The position numbers were made by a program, and so were the translations under genes. Below are positions 25,938 through 34,981 of a DNA stretch of 59,586 nucleotides, in pieces. The stretch covers positions 33,982 through 93,567 of the forward strand of contig NZ_RYFF01000020.1 in NCBI RefSeq assembly GCF_004138165.1. The letters are read 5' to 3'. Below the pieces are notes generated by a model. It searched no databases, was not told the DNA's origin, and worked only from the letters and a program-made list of their open reading frames with translations. The DNA is from Candidatus Chloroploca sp. Khr17. GTDB taxonomy: Bacteria > Chloroflexota > Chloroflexia > Chloroflexales > Chloroflexaceae. Numbering within the stretch: position 1 is the stretch's first letter; each line of letters begins with the position of its first letter.

Positions 25938-28157
25938 ATGCAACGCACATCGCTTTTCGGGGTGATTATTGGTGGCTTGTTGCTCGTGCTGACGATCACG
26001 ATGGTGGCGGCCCAGGCCGGTTTTGGCTTGCCGTGGGTAGCGGTCAGTGGTGGCGGCGGCACGAGTAGCAGCGGCTCGTTTGCGGTTCAAGGTTCGGTTG
26101 CATATGACAGTAGCCCACCCCTGAGCAGTGGCGTCTACACGCTGACCGGCGGTTTCTGGCCCGGCCTCAATGACGAGGCCCCGATGTTGAGTGCCGTCGA
26201 GCCCACGGCAGCGCGCAGTGTGGTGCCAGTTGCGTTGGCGCTGACGGGCAACTATTTTCAAGTTGGGGCGACCGTGACGCTCGGCACGACGGCGCTGGAA
26301 AATGTGACGACGATCAGCGCCTCGCGCATCGAAGCGGTGATCCCCGCCGGGGTAGCTGCCGGGGTCTACGCGCTTGAGGTGCGCAACCCCGACGGGCAGA
26401 GTGTCACGCTTGATGATGCCTTTACCGTCGAATTGCCCAACCTGCGCATTTTGCAAGTCCAACCTGATCAGGGTGCCAATCAGCAACCCGTCGAGATTGT
26501 CATTGCCGGCGAGGATTTCTCGCCAGCGGCTGAGGTTCGGCTTGGTGAAACGCCGCTGACCGTCATCCACGATAGCACGACCCGCATGCGCGCAACGGTG
26601 CCGGCTGGACTTGACCCGCAGGCCTATCCATTGACCGTGATCACGCCCGGGGTCGCTCAGGCAACGCTTGAGAATGCCTATACCGTCGTGGTACAGGCTT
26701 CAGCGGGGGCCGACAATTTTGAGCCAGACAATACCTGTGCGACCGCAAAAACGATTAGCATTGACGGCGTCGCCCAGGCGCGCACGTTTCATCGTACCGA
26801 AGATGTTGACTGGGTCGCCTTCAGCGCCGAAGCAGGACGGCGCTATCTACTGGTAGCTCGCCCACCCGCAGGTTCCCCCGCCAGTCTTGCGGTCGAACTG
26901 TATGATCGGTGCGAGAGCGACCCAACAGGTGGGCAGAATAACACCTTTAGCAACGGCGTCAGCATCTCGTTTGATGCTGCAATCACAGGCACGATCTACC
27001 TCAAGGTGATCAACCGCGATCCAAGCATCTTCGGATCAGAGGTCGCGTACGACCTCTCGGTGCGCGATCTCACGACGATCACCACCGCTGAGGCGCGAGG
27101 TGCAGTGATCATTGTTGCTGGCAAGTTGCGCGACAATGATGATGTGCAACAGCAGATCCACGGGGTCGCACGCAATGCCTATCAACTCTTCCGCGCCAGC
27201 GGGTATGACGACGATCATATTCAGGTACTGGCGACTGATCCAACGCTGGATGGGTACGATGCCCCGGCCACGCTCACGAACCTGCGCAACGCGATCACCA
27301 GCTGGGCGCGTGAACGGGTCGTCTCGAGTAGCCCCCTGACCATCTACATGGTTGGCCATGGTGACGAAAATCGTTTCTATGTTGATGAGACTGCGGGGCA
27401 GCAGCGTCTCGAACCCGAGCAACTCAACGAGTGGCTGAATCAACTCGAAACAGCCCGCCCCGGACTCAAGGTCAATCTGATCATCGAAGCCTGTTTCGCC
27501 GGCAGCTTCATTCTCGACCCGGGCAGCCTCAGCAAAGTCGGGCGGGTGGTCATCGCCTCATCGCCTGCCGACAACGTGGCCTATGCCTCGCCCGAGGGGG
27601 CCTATTTCTCGGATACCTTCCTTGCGTCACTCGCCTCATACAGTCTCTACGAGAGCTTTCTTGACGGCAAAGCGATTGCCCGTGCGACCTATCCCGACCA
27701 GATCGCCTGGCTGGACGATAACGGGAATCGGGTGCCGAACGAAGCCGCCGACGGGCAAGAAGCGCAGCAGCGGAGTTTTGCGCTTGCAACCCTGAGTGAC
27801 GATCTCAACTTCCGCCCGCTCATTGTCGAAGCGACCTTTGTGCGCACCGAGGGCAGCAATGGTACCATCAGTGCGGTGGTACGCGACGATCATGGCGTCG
27901 AAGAGGTCTTTGCCCAGATCTTCCCACCCTCATACCAACCACCCGATCCACAGTCAGGGCTGGTCACGGTAGCCGTACCCTTTGTCACCCTGACCCCGCT
28001 GGGCAATGATCGGTACAGCGTAAGCTACGACGGCTTCACCGAAGAAGGTGACTATCGCCTTGTCATCCAGGCCCGCGACAATGACGGATCCAATGCCTTG
28101 CCCGCTATTGCCACCACGGGCGGGCAGCGGGTCTATTTGCCATTGACGATCAGGTAG
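25938..28157 (+). CDS. Secreted legumain-like (family C13, clan CD) cysteine peptidase. It has a signal peptide, two IPT/TIG-like domains, a PPC domain, and a C-terminal Ig-like region. Its C-terminus is ...VYLPLTIR.
   Basis: Legumain signature blocks IYMVGHGDENRFYVDE (His) and NLIIEACFAGSF (Cys; compare legumain EACESGS). PPC block NFEPDNTCATAKTI...DVDWVAFSAEAGRRYLL. Confidence 0.75.
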   Translation: MQRTSLFGVIIGGLLLVLTITMVAAQAGFGLPWVAVSGGGGTSSSGSFAVQGSVAYDSSPPLSSGVYTLTGGFWPGLNDEAPMLSAVEPTAARSVVPVALALTGNYFQVGATVTLGTTALENVTTISASRIEAVIPAGVAAGVYALEVRNPDGQSVTLDDAFTVELPNLRILQVQPDQGANQQPVEIVIAGEDFSPAAEVRLGETPLTVIHDSTTRMRATVPAGLDPQAYPLTVITPGVAQATLENAYTVVVQASAGADNFEPDNTCATAKTISIDGVAQARTFHRTEDVDWVAFSAEAGRRYLLVARPPAGSPASLAVELYDRCESDPTGGQNNTFSNGVSISFDAAITGTIYLKVINRDPSIFGSEVAYDLSVRDLTTITTAEARGAVIIVAGKLRDNDDVQQQIHGVARNAYQLFRASGYDDDHIQVLATDPTLDGYDAPATLTNLRNAITSWARERVVSSSPLTIYMVGHGDENRFYVDETAGQQRLEPEQLNEWLNQLETARPGLKVNLIIEACFAGSFILDPGSLSKVGRVVIASSPADNVAYASPEGAYFSDTFLASLASYSLYESFLDGKAIARATYPDQIAWLDDNGNRVPNEAADGQEAQQRSFALATLSDDLNFRPLIVEATFVRTEGSNGTISAVVRDDHGVEEVFAQIFPPSYQPPDPQSGLVTVAVPFVTLTPLGNDRYSVSYDGFTEEGDYRLVIQARDNDGSNALPAIATTGGQRVYLPLTIR

Positions 28158-28181
28158 GGGCACGGCGGTGCCATGACCCAA

Positions 28182-28193
28182 CGGAAGAATTGG
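28182..28193 (+). promoter_or_regulatory. Candidate extended -10 element (TGgTATAAT). A hairpin at 28248-28282 follows in the 5' leader of the membrane-protein gene.
   Basis: aattggtataatagag, followed by tgtgtgctcgtgg-ctctg-ccacgagcacgcaca. Confidence 0.3.
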
Positions 28194-28299
28194 TATAATA
28201 GAGCCATGGCGTTCGCACCCCTTACGCGGGGATGGAAAAGGTGGTATGTGTGTGCTCGTGGCTCTGCCACGAGCACGCACATACCACCTTCACAATGAT

Positions 28300-30030
28300 A
28301 TGTTCTATGCGATTGGCGTGCTTGTTCGGGCACGTTTGCAGATCACACGCAATAATCTCATCCGAAGCTCGCTCGGCAACAAAATTGGCCTGGCTTTCCT
28401 CTTGGTGTTAGGCAGCCTGGCGATGTTGGGGCTCTATAGTTTCACCCGTTTTACGGTGAGCCTTTTACGCGATCCTGAGTTCGCGGCGCTTTTGCGTGAG
28501 GCCGCCGAGACGACCCCCGGGTTGCCTACGGCGATCGCGCCGTTGCTGGCGGCTGTGCCGAGCATGATTATGCTCATAGCGCTGACCCTGCTGATCTTTT
28601 CCAGTTTTACCAGTCTGCTCAATTCCCTCTATTTGGCGGGTGATCTTGATATGTTGCTGGTCGCGCCGGTGCCGATGCGGGCGGTCTTTGTGGTGAAGTT
28701 TTTTGGTGGTTTGCTCACGCAGTATCTCATCCTCTTTGTGCTGCTCGCCCCCGTGCTCGTTGGCTATGGGCATGGGATGGCCTACGGGTTTTTCTATCTC
28801 GTCAGTGTCTTGGTAGCCTTGCTCGTGGTGCCTTTTTTGCCGGCGGGGTTGGGGGCGATGCTGGTGATGGGTGTGGTTCGCATCATCCCCGCCCGTCGCG
28901 CCCGCGAGTTGGTGAGCATCCTGGGCGGGCTCATCGGGGTGACGTTCTTTCTCTTGTCGCAGTTCAGTCGACAATTCATCGCTTCAGTTGCTGGCCCCGA
29001 TACACTTGCCCTGCTGTTGCTCCTTGATATGCCGCTGTTGCCCTCGACCTGGGCAGGCCGTGCGCTCGTGGCGTCCGGCGAAGGTCAGTGGCTGACTCTG
29101 CTCGGGTATGGTTCGCTCTTTCTGGGCACGTCGCTGGCTGTTTTTGCCGCCTGTCTGGTGCTGGCTGAACGACTCTACTATGATGGCTGGAGCAACCTCG
29201 CCAATCAGGGGGGCAAGCTACGGGCGCGCAAGGCGATCGAGCGGAACGCCTGGCTGCCGGGGCGCACCCTGGTCGCGCGGCTCCTCCCGAGTGAAGCCCG
29301 GGCGCTGCTCGCCAAAGATCTGCGGCTCTTTTTTCGCGATTTGCGCAATCTACAGGCGCTCATCTTTCCGCTTGCGCTCGCCGGGATCTGGACGTTCCAG
29401 GCGCTGACCACGCCAAATACGCTTGAGTCCCCCGCCGTCGCGTGGGCGCTCCCATTTGTGCAACTGCTCAGTGCTGGCATTGCTTTTTTCATCTGTCTCA
29501 GCATTTCAAGCGTGCTTGCCGGTACCGGGATCAGCCGCGAGGGCAAGGCCTTCTGGCTCCTCAAACTTGCCCCGATCAGCGCCAGCAGGCTCTTGCTTGG
29601 CAAGATGACCCTGGCCTTCCTGCCCTTTCCGGTGATCGGGACGGCCTTTCTGTTGATTCTGGCGCTGGTTGGGCATCAATCGCCTGGCATCTTCGTGCAG
29701 CAGTGGGTTCTCTTGATGCTCGTAGGGCTCGGCTGCGCCGCCTTTGGCATCGGCCTCGGCGCGGCGTTCCCCCGGCTCGACTGGGAAAATCCACAGCAAC
29801 AGGCGACCTGGCAGAGCGGGTGCCTCAGCACGATCTTCTACCCGCTCTACCTCGGGTTGATGCTGCTGCTCGTCGCGGGTAGCGGGTCGCTCGGTGTGGT
29901 GCTTGGCGGCGGCGTCGCCGGCTTTGGCATCCAGCTCACTGGCTGGTCGGCTGCCGCGATCGTTACGCTGGGTGTGATCTGGAGTGGTCTGAAGATCGGG
30001 GTAAAAGGGTTAGACCGGATCGAATTGTAG
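28300..30030 (+). CDS. Polytopic integral membrane protein of about 577 aa with at least 10 predicted TM helices. It is possibly an ABC-2 or putative-ABC-exporter-type permease. No ATPase partner is adjacent.
   Basis: Long hydrophobic helices throughout. Start set at the ATG after the leader hairpin; the ORF track starts at 28246. Confidence 0.6.
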   Translation: MFYAIGVLVRARLQITRNNLIRSSLGNKIGLAFLLVLGSLAMLGLYSFTRFTVSLLRDPEFAALLREAAETTPGLPTAIAPLLAAVPSMIMLIALTLLIFSSFTSLLNSLYLAGDLDMLLVAPVPMRAVFVVKFFGGLLTQYLILFVLLAPVLVGYGHGMAYGFFYLVSVLVALLVVPFLPAGLGAMLVMGVVRIIPARRARELVSILGGLIGVTFFLLSQFSRQFIASVAGPDTLALLLLLDMPLLPSTWAGRALVASGEGQWLTLLGYGSLFLGTSLAVFAACLVLAERLYYDGWSNLANQGGKLRARKAIERNAWLPGRTLVARLLPSEARALLAKDLRLFFRDLRNLQALIFPLALAGIWTFQALTTPNTLESPAVAWALPFVQLLSAGIAFFICLSISSVLAGTGISREGKAFWLLKLAPISASRLLLGKMTLAFLPFPVIGTAFLLILALVGHQSPGIFVQQWVLLMLVGLGCAAFGIGLGAAFPRLDWENPQQQATWQSGCLSTIFYPLYLGLMLLLVAGSGSLGVVLGGGVAGFGIQLTGWSAAAIVTLGVIWSGLKIGVKGLDRIEL

Positions 30031-30090
30031 CGTCGCATTTCGCATGGCCCACAAGCCAGTGACGCCGCGAGCAACCGGGCGGGCACCCGT

Positions 30091-30126
30091 CAGACCTCAC
30101 AGGTCTTGCAGACCTGTGAGGTCTCG
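30091..30126. terminator. Palindromic hairpin of the R1 family (agacctcacaggtct-tgc-agacctgtgaggtct), about 60 nt after the membrane-protein gene.
   Basis: 15-bp perfect stem. The same core recurs at 55021-55060. Confidence 0.5.
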
Positions 30127-30185
30127 CCCGTGTTACCCATACCGGATTATGTACTGAAAACCATAAGTAGTTTGGAACTAAATCT

Positions 30186-30290
30186 CCCGGTAGCGCCGCC
30201 GACCACGAAGAACCCTCACGAATATACGAAGCCAGGCTTTGTGACGCAATTATTCGTTGTTTCGTGGCCCCAATTCGTGGACGGCAACAC
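30186..30290. repeat. Copy A of a ~100-bp nested palindromic repeat (R2 family: CCGCCGACCACGAA...TTCGTGGACGG).
   Basis: Outer arms ccgccgaccacgaa / ttcgtggacgg. Related copies at 31866-31970, 59217-59312 and a half-copy at 53915-53960. Confidence 0.8.
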
Positions 30291-30321
30291 CCTTTGCGCC
30301 TTTGCGCCTTTGCGTCAAATC
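30291..30321. repeat. R3 repeat: CCTTTGCGCC(TTTGCGCC)TTTGCGTCAAA.
   Basis: Also at 56213-56251 and in reverse complement at 54985-55005. Confidence 0.7.
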
Positions 30322-30324
30322 ATC

Positions 30325-31791
30325 TCAGAGACTCGTCACCAAGCCGGGTCGTACGATCACATTCTGCCAGACTTGCTGGCGATCATTCTGCGTTACGACG
30401 ACCGTGTAGCTCCCTGGGGGCAATTCAACGGCCCCAAACCAGCCATCGGCGCTGGCGGTAAGATCGCGCAGCCAGGTGCCTTCGTGGATGAGCGTAACCC
30501 GCGCATCGGGCGTGAGCACGCCGTCAATGGCGGCCATGCCTTGCAGATGGCCGGCGGTCGGGGCGACGATCCAGGGCCAGTCGGGGGCGCGGGCTGGTTG
30601 GGCAAAGACGGTGGCGCGCAGTTGATCCATAAAAGCCCGGCGCGACTCGTCATTGCTGCCGGCAAAGGCCCCTGCATACGAAAAGAAGGCGACCCCAGAG
30701 AGCACGCGCCCTTGCTCATCAGGCGTCAATGCACGGGCAACCTGGCTGATATTCTGCTCGGGCGTATTAAGCCACGAGCCGATCCCAGCGACAATCGTGC
30801 GCCGTCCAGTATTGGCGCGATCAAAAGCCAGCCAGCCATCGTACCACTCACGTGAACGCGGCACGCCTTCGGCAAAATAGTGCATCGGGATCGCCACGTC
30901 AATGATGCCCTCGGCCAACCAGGCAGGCCAATCTTGAAAAACTGTGCTATAGGCCGACGAACGCCCCCAGTTGCCATCGTTGCCCAGGCTCCCCCAGGTA
31001 ATCGTGGCTGCACTCACCTCGATGGATGGCTTGATCGCCTTGGCCCGTAGATAGAGCCGTCGCGCCAGTTCGGTGACACGATCCCGCCGCCACTGGCTCC
31101 ACGCCGGATCACTCGGCTCTGGCCGGCTGTTGAGCGGGCGGCCCGTCGCCCGGTTGAAGCGCTCGACGCTCACCTGATTGTAGCCATAGCTTTGCCCCCC
31201 AAAACGAATATAATCCCAGTGGAGGCCATCGAGCGTAGGGTACGCCCGCAGCAGATGTTCGACCACCCGCTCGGTATGGATAATCGCCTCGGGATGCCCA
31301 AAATCAAAATCGCCGATCTGCTGCCCCGCATACGTCGCCGTCGTCCAGCGGGCCGTGCCCTGCGCCCGTGGGCCGTGGGCAGTACAGACATGATCCGGAT
31401 GGCCCCAGAGCCGATCCGAGGTACGACAGACAACCGAAACGACCAGCCATGCATGAACGCGCAACCCCTCTTCGTGGGCGCGAGCCAGCAAATAGCCAAG
31501 CGGATCAAACTCGGCGGCAGGGGCGAGGCGCGGATCGGCCGCCCGGGGTTCGATGGCATTGTTATACCAGGCGTCCCCGTGGCGACGCACCTGCACAATG
31601 ATCGTATTGGCCCCGGCCCGCTTCACATTCGCCACCAACTCATCGACCTGCGGATGATTATGGAAACCGGGATTGAGACTATCAACCCAAAAGGCCCGCA
31701 TCTGCTGCACCGGCTCTTGTGCCTGTACCCCCGGGGTGGGCAACGCCGTGATCAGCAGCACGAACACGAGCAACGAAAGAATGAATCGCAT
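30325..31791 (-). CDS. Secreted glycoside-hydrolase-like family 10 (GHL10/YngK-type) protein.
   Basis: N-terminal signal MRFILSLLVFVLLITALPTPGVQA. MRAFWVD ... NTIIVQVRRHGDAWYNNAIEP blocks typical of GHL10 proteins. The ORF track's TTG at 31812 is an alternative start. Confidence 0.65.
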   Translation of the reverse strand: MRFILSLLVFVLLITALPTPGVQAQEPVQQMRAFWVDSLNPGFHNHPQVDELVANVKRAGANTIIVQVRRHGDAWYNNAIEPRAADPRLAPAAEFDPLGYLLARAHEEGLRVHAWLVVSVVCRTSDRLWGHPDHVCTAHGPRAQGTARWTTATYAGQQIGDFDFGHPEAIIHTERVVEHLLRAYPTLDGLHWDYIRFGGQSYGYNQVSVERFNRATGRPLNSRPEPSDPAWSQWRRDRVTELARRLYLRAKAIKPSIEVSAATITWGSLGNDGNWGRSSAYSTVFQDWPAWLAEGIIDVAIPMHYFAEGVPRSREWYDGWLAFDRANTGRRTIVAGIGSWLNTPEQNISQVARALTPDEQGRVLSGVAFFSYAGAFAGSNDESRRAFMDQLRATVFAQPARAPDWPWIVAPTAGHLQGMAAIDGVLTPDARVTLIHEGTWLRDLTASADGWFGAVELPPGSYTVVVTQNDRQQVWQNVIVRPGLVTSL

Positions 31792-31865
31792 AGAGATTAG
31801 CCTTTGCGCCAAATCATTACAAAACGTACGTTACAGGCTACTTACTGGTCTGTCAACAGAGTTTT

Positions 31866-31970
31866 CCGATAGCACCGCCGACCACGAATACTGATCACGA
31901 AGAAACGAATATGGGCGTTGCGGTGCGGTATTCGTTTCTTCGTGCCCCCAATTCGTGGACGGCTGAGGAC
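31866..31970. repeat. Copy B of the R2 nested palindromic repeat.
   Basis: caccgccgaccacgaatactgatcacgaagaaacgaata...tattcgtttcttcgtgcccccaattcgtggacgg. Confidence 0.8.
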
Positions 31971-32000
31971 GCCAGAAAACTTAATTCACAAACTACGTAC

Positions 32001-34742
32001 CTACCCGGTTGAACCGAGCCCATCCGCAATCGCGTTGACCGTCAGCAACAGCCGGGTGAGCAAGGTGGCGTCGACTTCAGTGCCTGTGGCCCGCTTGGTG
32101 CGCCACTCACCGAGCAACGTGACTTGCTGACGGTGCAACAGGCGTAGCCCCGGCGTACGAACCTGGATCATGGCATGGACGTTGGGCCGTCGCTGGTCCA
32201 GCGGTGCGCCATAGATCTCTTCCAGAAGCGTGACGGTGCGGTCGTACTCGGTCAAAATGATCTTCTCCAAGCGTTCGCGTAGTGCGCGCTCTTCGACAAG
32301 ATCGCTGTACCAGCCCATAACTTCAGTATCGGCGGTAGCGACGCTGGTAGCTGCGTTGCTGAGGATGTAGTGCAGGGGTGCCCAGGTAATCAGGTGTTCG
32401 CTCAGCGCCGCAAAAGCCGCTTGATCTTCACTTTTCAACCGTTCGAGGGCGCTTCCAACTCCATACCACCCAGGCAGAAAAAAGCGCGCCTGGCTCCAAC
32501 TAAAGACCCACGGGATCGCGCGCAAGTCAGCCAGGGTAGCCTGACCAGACCGACGGGCCGGGCGCGAGCCAATCCGGCTCTCTTCCAACACATCGACGGG
32601 CGTGGCCTGACGATAAAAGCGCAGGAATCCGTCACTACTCAGCAGCGTCGTATAGGCCTCACGACTCCAAGCGGCTAGGCGATCCATCGCCGGTTCGAGC
32701 GGATGGGTTGTCGCCGTACCGAACCGCTCACGCATTGTGGTACGGGTGACACCAGCCAGAAACAGCTCAAGGTTGTAGCTTGCCGTGACGGGGTTGGCAT
32801 ATTTTTGCGCAATCGTCTCACCCTGTTCGGTAATGCGCACATCGCCACCAACTGATCCGGCGGGTAGCGCCTTGAGGAAGCGATGCGTCGGCCCGGCCCC
32901 TCGACTGATCGTGCCACCGCGCCCGTGGAAAAAGCGAATCCGCACGCCCCGCGCCAGGCCGACGGCAGCGAGGGCCGCCTGAGCACGATAGAGCGCCCAC
33001 AGGCTCGCGATCAGGCCCCCATCTTTGTTACTGTCACTATAGCCAATCATCACCTGCTGGATAAGATCCGCCGCGCCGGTCTGGCGCCGTTGCTCTTCCA
33101 GACTGCGCTGGGTCATTGGATGATCGAGAAAGGCTGCAAGAATGCTCGGGCTGCGCTCGAGATCTTCAATCGTCTCGAAGAGGGGCACCACCGACAGCGG
33201 GCAGGCAAGACCATCCGGGGTCGCAACGAGCAAGCCGGTCTCACGCGCAAAGAGATAGACGGTGAGCAAGTCAGCGACATTGCGGGTCATGCTGACGATA
33301 AGCCCGCCCAGACCCGCCGCGCCATAGGTGTGCAAGGCAATCCGGATCGCCCGATAACTACTGAGGATCATATCGGCTTCGGTGCCGACGCCTGCTCGCG
33401 CACGGGTAAAAGGCCGTGGCGAAACGAGTTCGCGGGTCAACAGATCCATCCGACGTGCGACATCCCAGGTTGTCACATCATGATCAGCAAAACCGGCGGC
33501 AGCGAGCAATTGCGCAAGCGCACGGTCGTGAACCGCACTATTCTGGCGAATGTCGAGCCGCGCGAGGTGGAAGCCAAAGGTATGAACATTACGGATAACT
33601 GGTGTCACCAGATGCGCCACGAGGCTCCCTGCCCCGATCATCTCCAGGGACTGCGCGAGGATCTGCAGGTCGCGCACCAGTTCCTCGGCGCGCTGATAGA
33701 CGTGCGCCGCAGGAGCATCAGGGAGGCGTGCGAGCATCAGATTGATCCACTGACGCCACGGCTCATTGGGATTACGGGCAAGCGCGTGCGCCCCTCGTTC
33801 GCCCAATTGGGAGGCGGCGATCGTCATCTGATCGACCAAGAGCTGCGGGGCAGCCTGCAACTGATCAGAGAGACTCAAGTAGCTCGCCAGATCGCTCAAC
33901 TGGTCGTGGAGCAGACCAAGCGCCTGGCGGCGGAGCTCTGCAAGTGTCTCGGTTGTCACCTCGGCGGTCACCAGCGGATGCCCATCACGGTCGCCACCGA
34001 CCCAGGTACCAAACTGGAGCGACGGAAGGGCCTCGGGAGCCTGGAGCAGCGTCGGATTGAAACCAGCTGCTTGCCAAGCCTGGCGCACCCGTGCATCGAG
34101 CATAGGAAGAACGGAGGGAAAAACCGTCCGCAGATAATGAATAATATTGCGTCGCTCTGAAGCAACATCCGGCTTCGCGAGAAAGATCTCGCCGGTACGC
34201 CAGAGCGCAATCAGACGAATCACCGCCTCGTCACGGATCGCCTGCTGCTCATAGGGGGTCCAGTGCGGATTAGCGCGCTTGAGCAACAGCAGATAGAGAG
34301 CACGGTGATGTTCAAGCACCGTCGCACGTTTCGCCTCAGTCGGATGCGCCGTCAGCACAATCTCAACGCGCATCGTTGGCAACGCCGCAGCCAGCGCCGC
34401 CTCATCGAGGCCGTGGGCCTGTAACTGCGCCAACGCCTCACCCCAAAGCGCAGGCACCGCCGCGAGACCAGCGCGGGTCTCGGTCGTACGGCGATACTGT
34501 ACAGCAGCGCGTTGTTCAACCATACTCAACAACTGAAACGCGATCGAAAGCGCCTGCACCAACCGCTCGGGCGGCAAATCGGCGCGAGGAGGATCATCCT
34601 GCGGCGGCGTAATCCAGGGCAACACCCTAGCAAGATCCGGCTCACCAGAGTCAAGCAACGCCTCACGCAGACAATCCATCAGAAAAGAAAGCTCGTCGGA
34701 AAACGTCGCCGGATCAACGGTCGACAAATTCACCAGGGTCAT
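32001..34742 (-). CDS. ppc: Phosphoenolpyruvate carboxylase.
   Basis: About 913 aa. PEPC signature blocks VLTAHPTE and FHGRGGTISRGAGP. GGGAGGA Shine-Dalgarno sequence 7 nt before the ATG at 34742. Confidence 0.93.
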   Translation of the reverse strand: MTLVNLSTVDPATFSDELSFLMDCLREALLDSGEPDLARVLPWITPPQDDPPRADLPPERLVQALSIAFQLLSMVEQRAAVQYRRTTETRAGLAAVPALWGEALAQLQAHGLDEAALAAALPTMRVEIVLTAHPTEAKRATVLEHHRALYLLLLKRANPHWTPYEQQAIRDEAVIRLIALWRTGEIFLAKPDVASERRNIIHYLRTVFPSVLPMLDARVRQAWQAAGFNPTLLQAPEALPSLQFGTWVGGDRDGHPLVTAEVTTETLAELRRQALGLLHDQLSDLASYLSLSDQLQAAPQLLVDQMTIAASQLGERGAHALARNPNEPWRQWINLMLARLPDAPAAHVYQRAEELVRDLQILAQSLEMIGAGSLVAHLVTPVIRNVHTFGFHLARLDIRQNSAVHDRALAQLLAAAGFADHDVTTWDVARRMDLLTRELVSPRPFTRARAGVGTEADMILSSYRAIRIALHTYGAAGLGGLIVSMTRNVADLLTVYLFARETGLLVATPDGLACPLSVVPLFETIEDLERSPSILAAFLDHPMTQRSLEEQRRQTGAADLIQQVMIGYSDSNKDGGLIASLWALYRAQAALAAVGLARGVRIRFFHGRGGTISRGAGPTHRFLKALPAGSVGGDVRITEQGETIAQKYANPVTASYNLELFLAGVTRTTMRERFGTATTHPLEPAMDRLAAWSREAYTTLLSSDGFLRFYRQATPVDVLEESRIGSRPARRSGQATLADLRAIPWVFSWSQARFFLPGWYGVGSALERLKSEDQAAFAALSEHLITWAPLHYILSNAATSVATADTEVMGWYSDLVEERALRERLEKIILTEYDRTVTLLEEIYGAPLDQRRPNVHAMIQVRTPGLRLLHRQQVTLLGEWRTKRATGTEVDATLLTRLLLTVNAIADGLGSTG

Positions 34743-34981
34743 AGGCACATCCTCCCGCAGTCAAACCGAGCGCAAAGGCACATCTCTCACGCTATGATGC
34801 CACATTCTGGTAGTTCATGCCAGGGGCATTTGCCTGGTGGGAGGGGCGGCAGGCACGAACAGAAGCTGACATCGCTGAGGTTGGAAGAGACCTGTTTCGT
34901 CGATTCGGCGCTGCACGAGAGTGAGTTGGATCTGGGACGAGTCATTCAAAGCCGAGCCAACGCAACAGTTGTTACGCTCCA

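Noticed and set aside
9179-26570. Antisense ORFs inside the giant secreted-protein genes: 9179-10096, 18986-19966, 21561-22367 and 25746-26570.
   Set aside because: All are overlapped on the opposite strand by ORFs with signal peptides and catalytic motifs, and none has motifs of its own.
30106-30855. 249-aa plus-strand ORF.
   Set aside because: It lies entirely antisense to the well-supported GHL10 gene (30325-31791) and spans an intergenic repeat region. It has no motifs.
32883-34160. 425-aa plus-strand ORF.
   Set aside because: Antisense to ppc, whose PEPC signature motifs are unambiguous.
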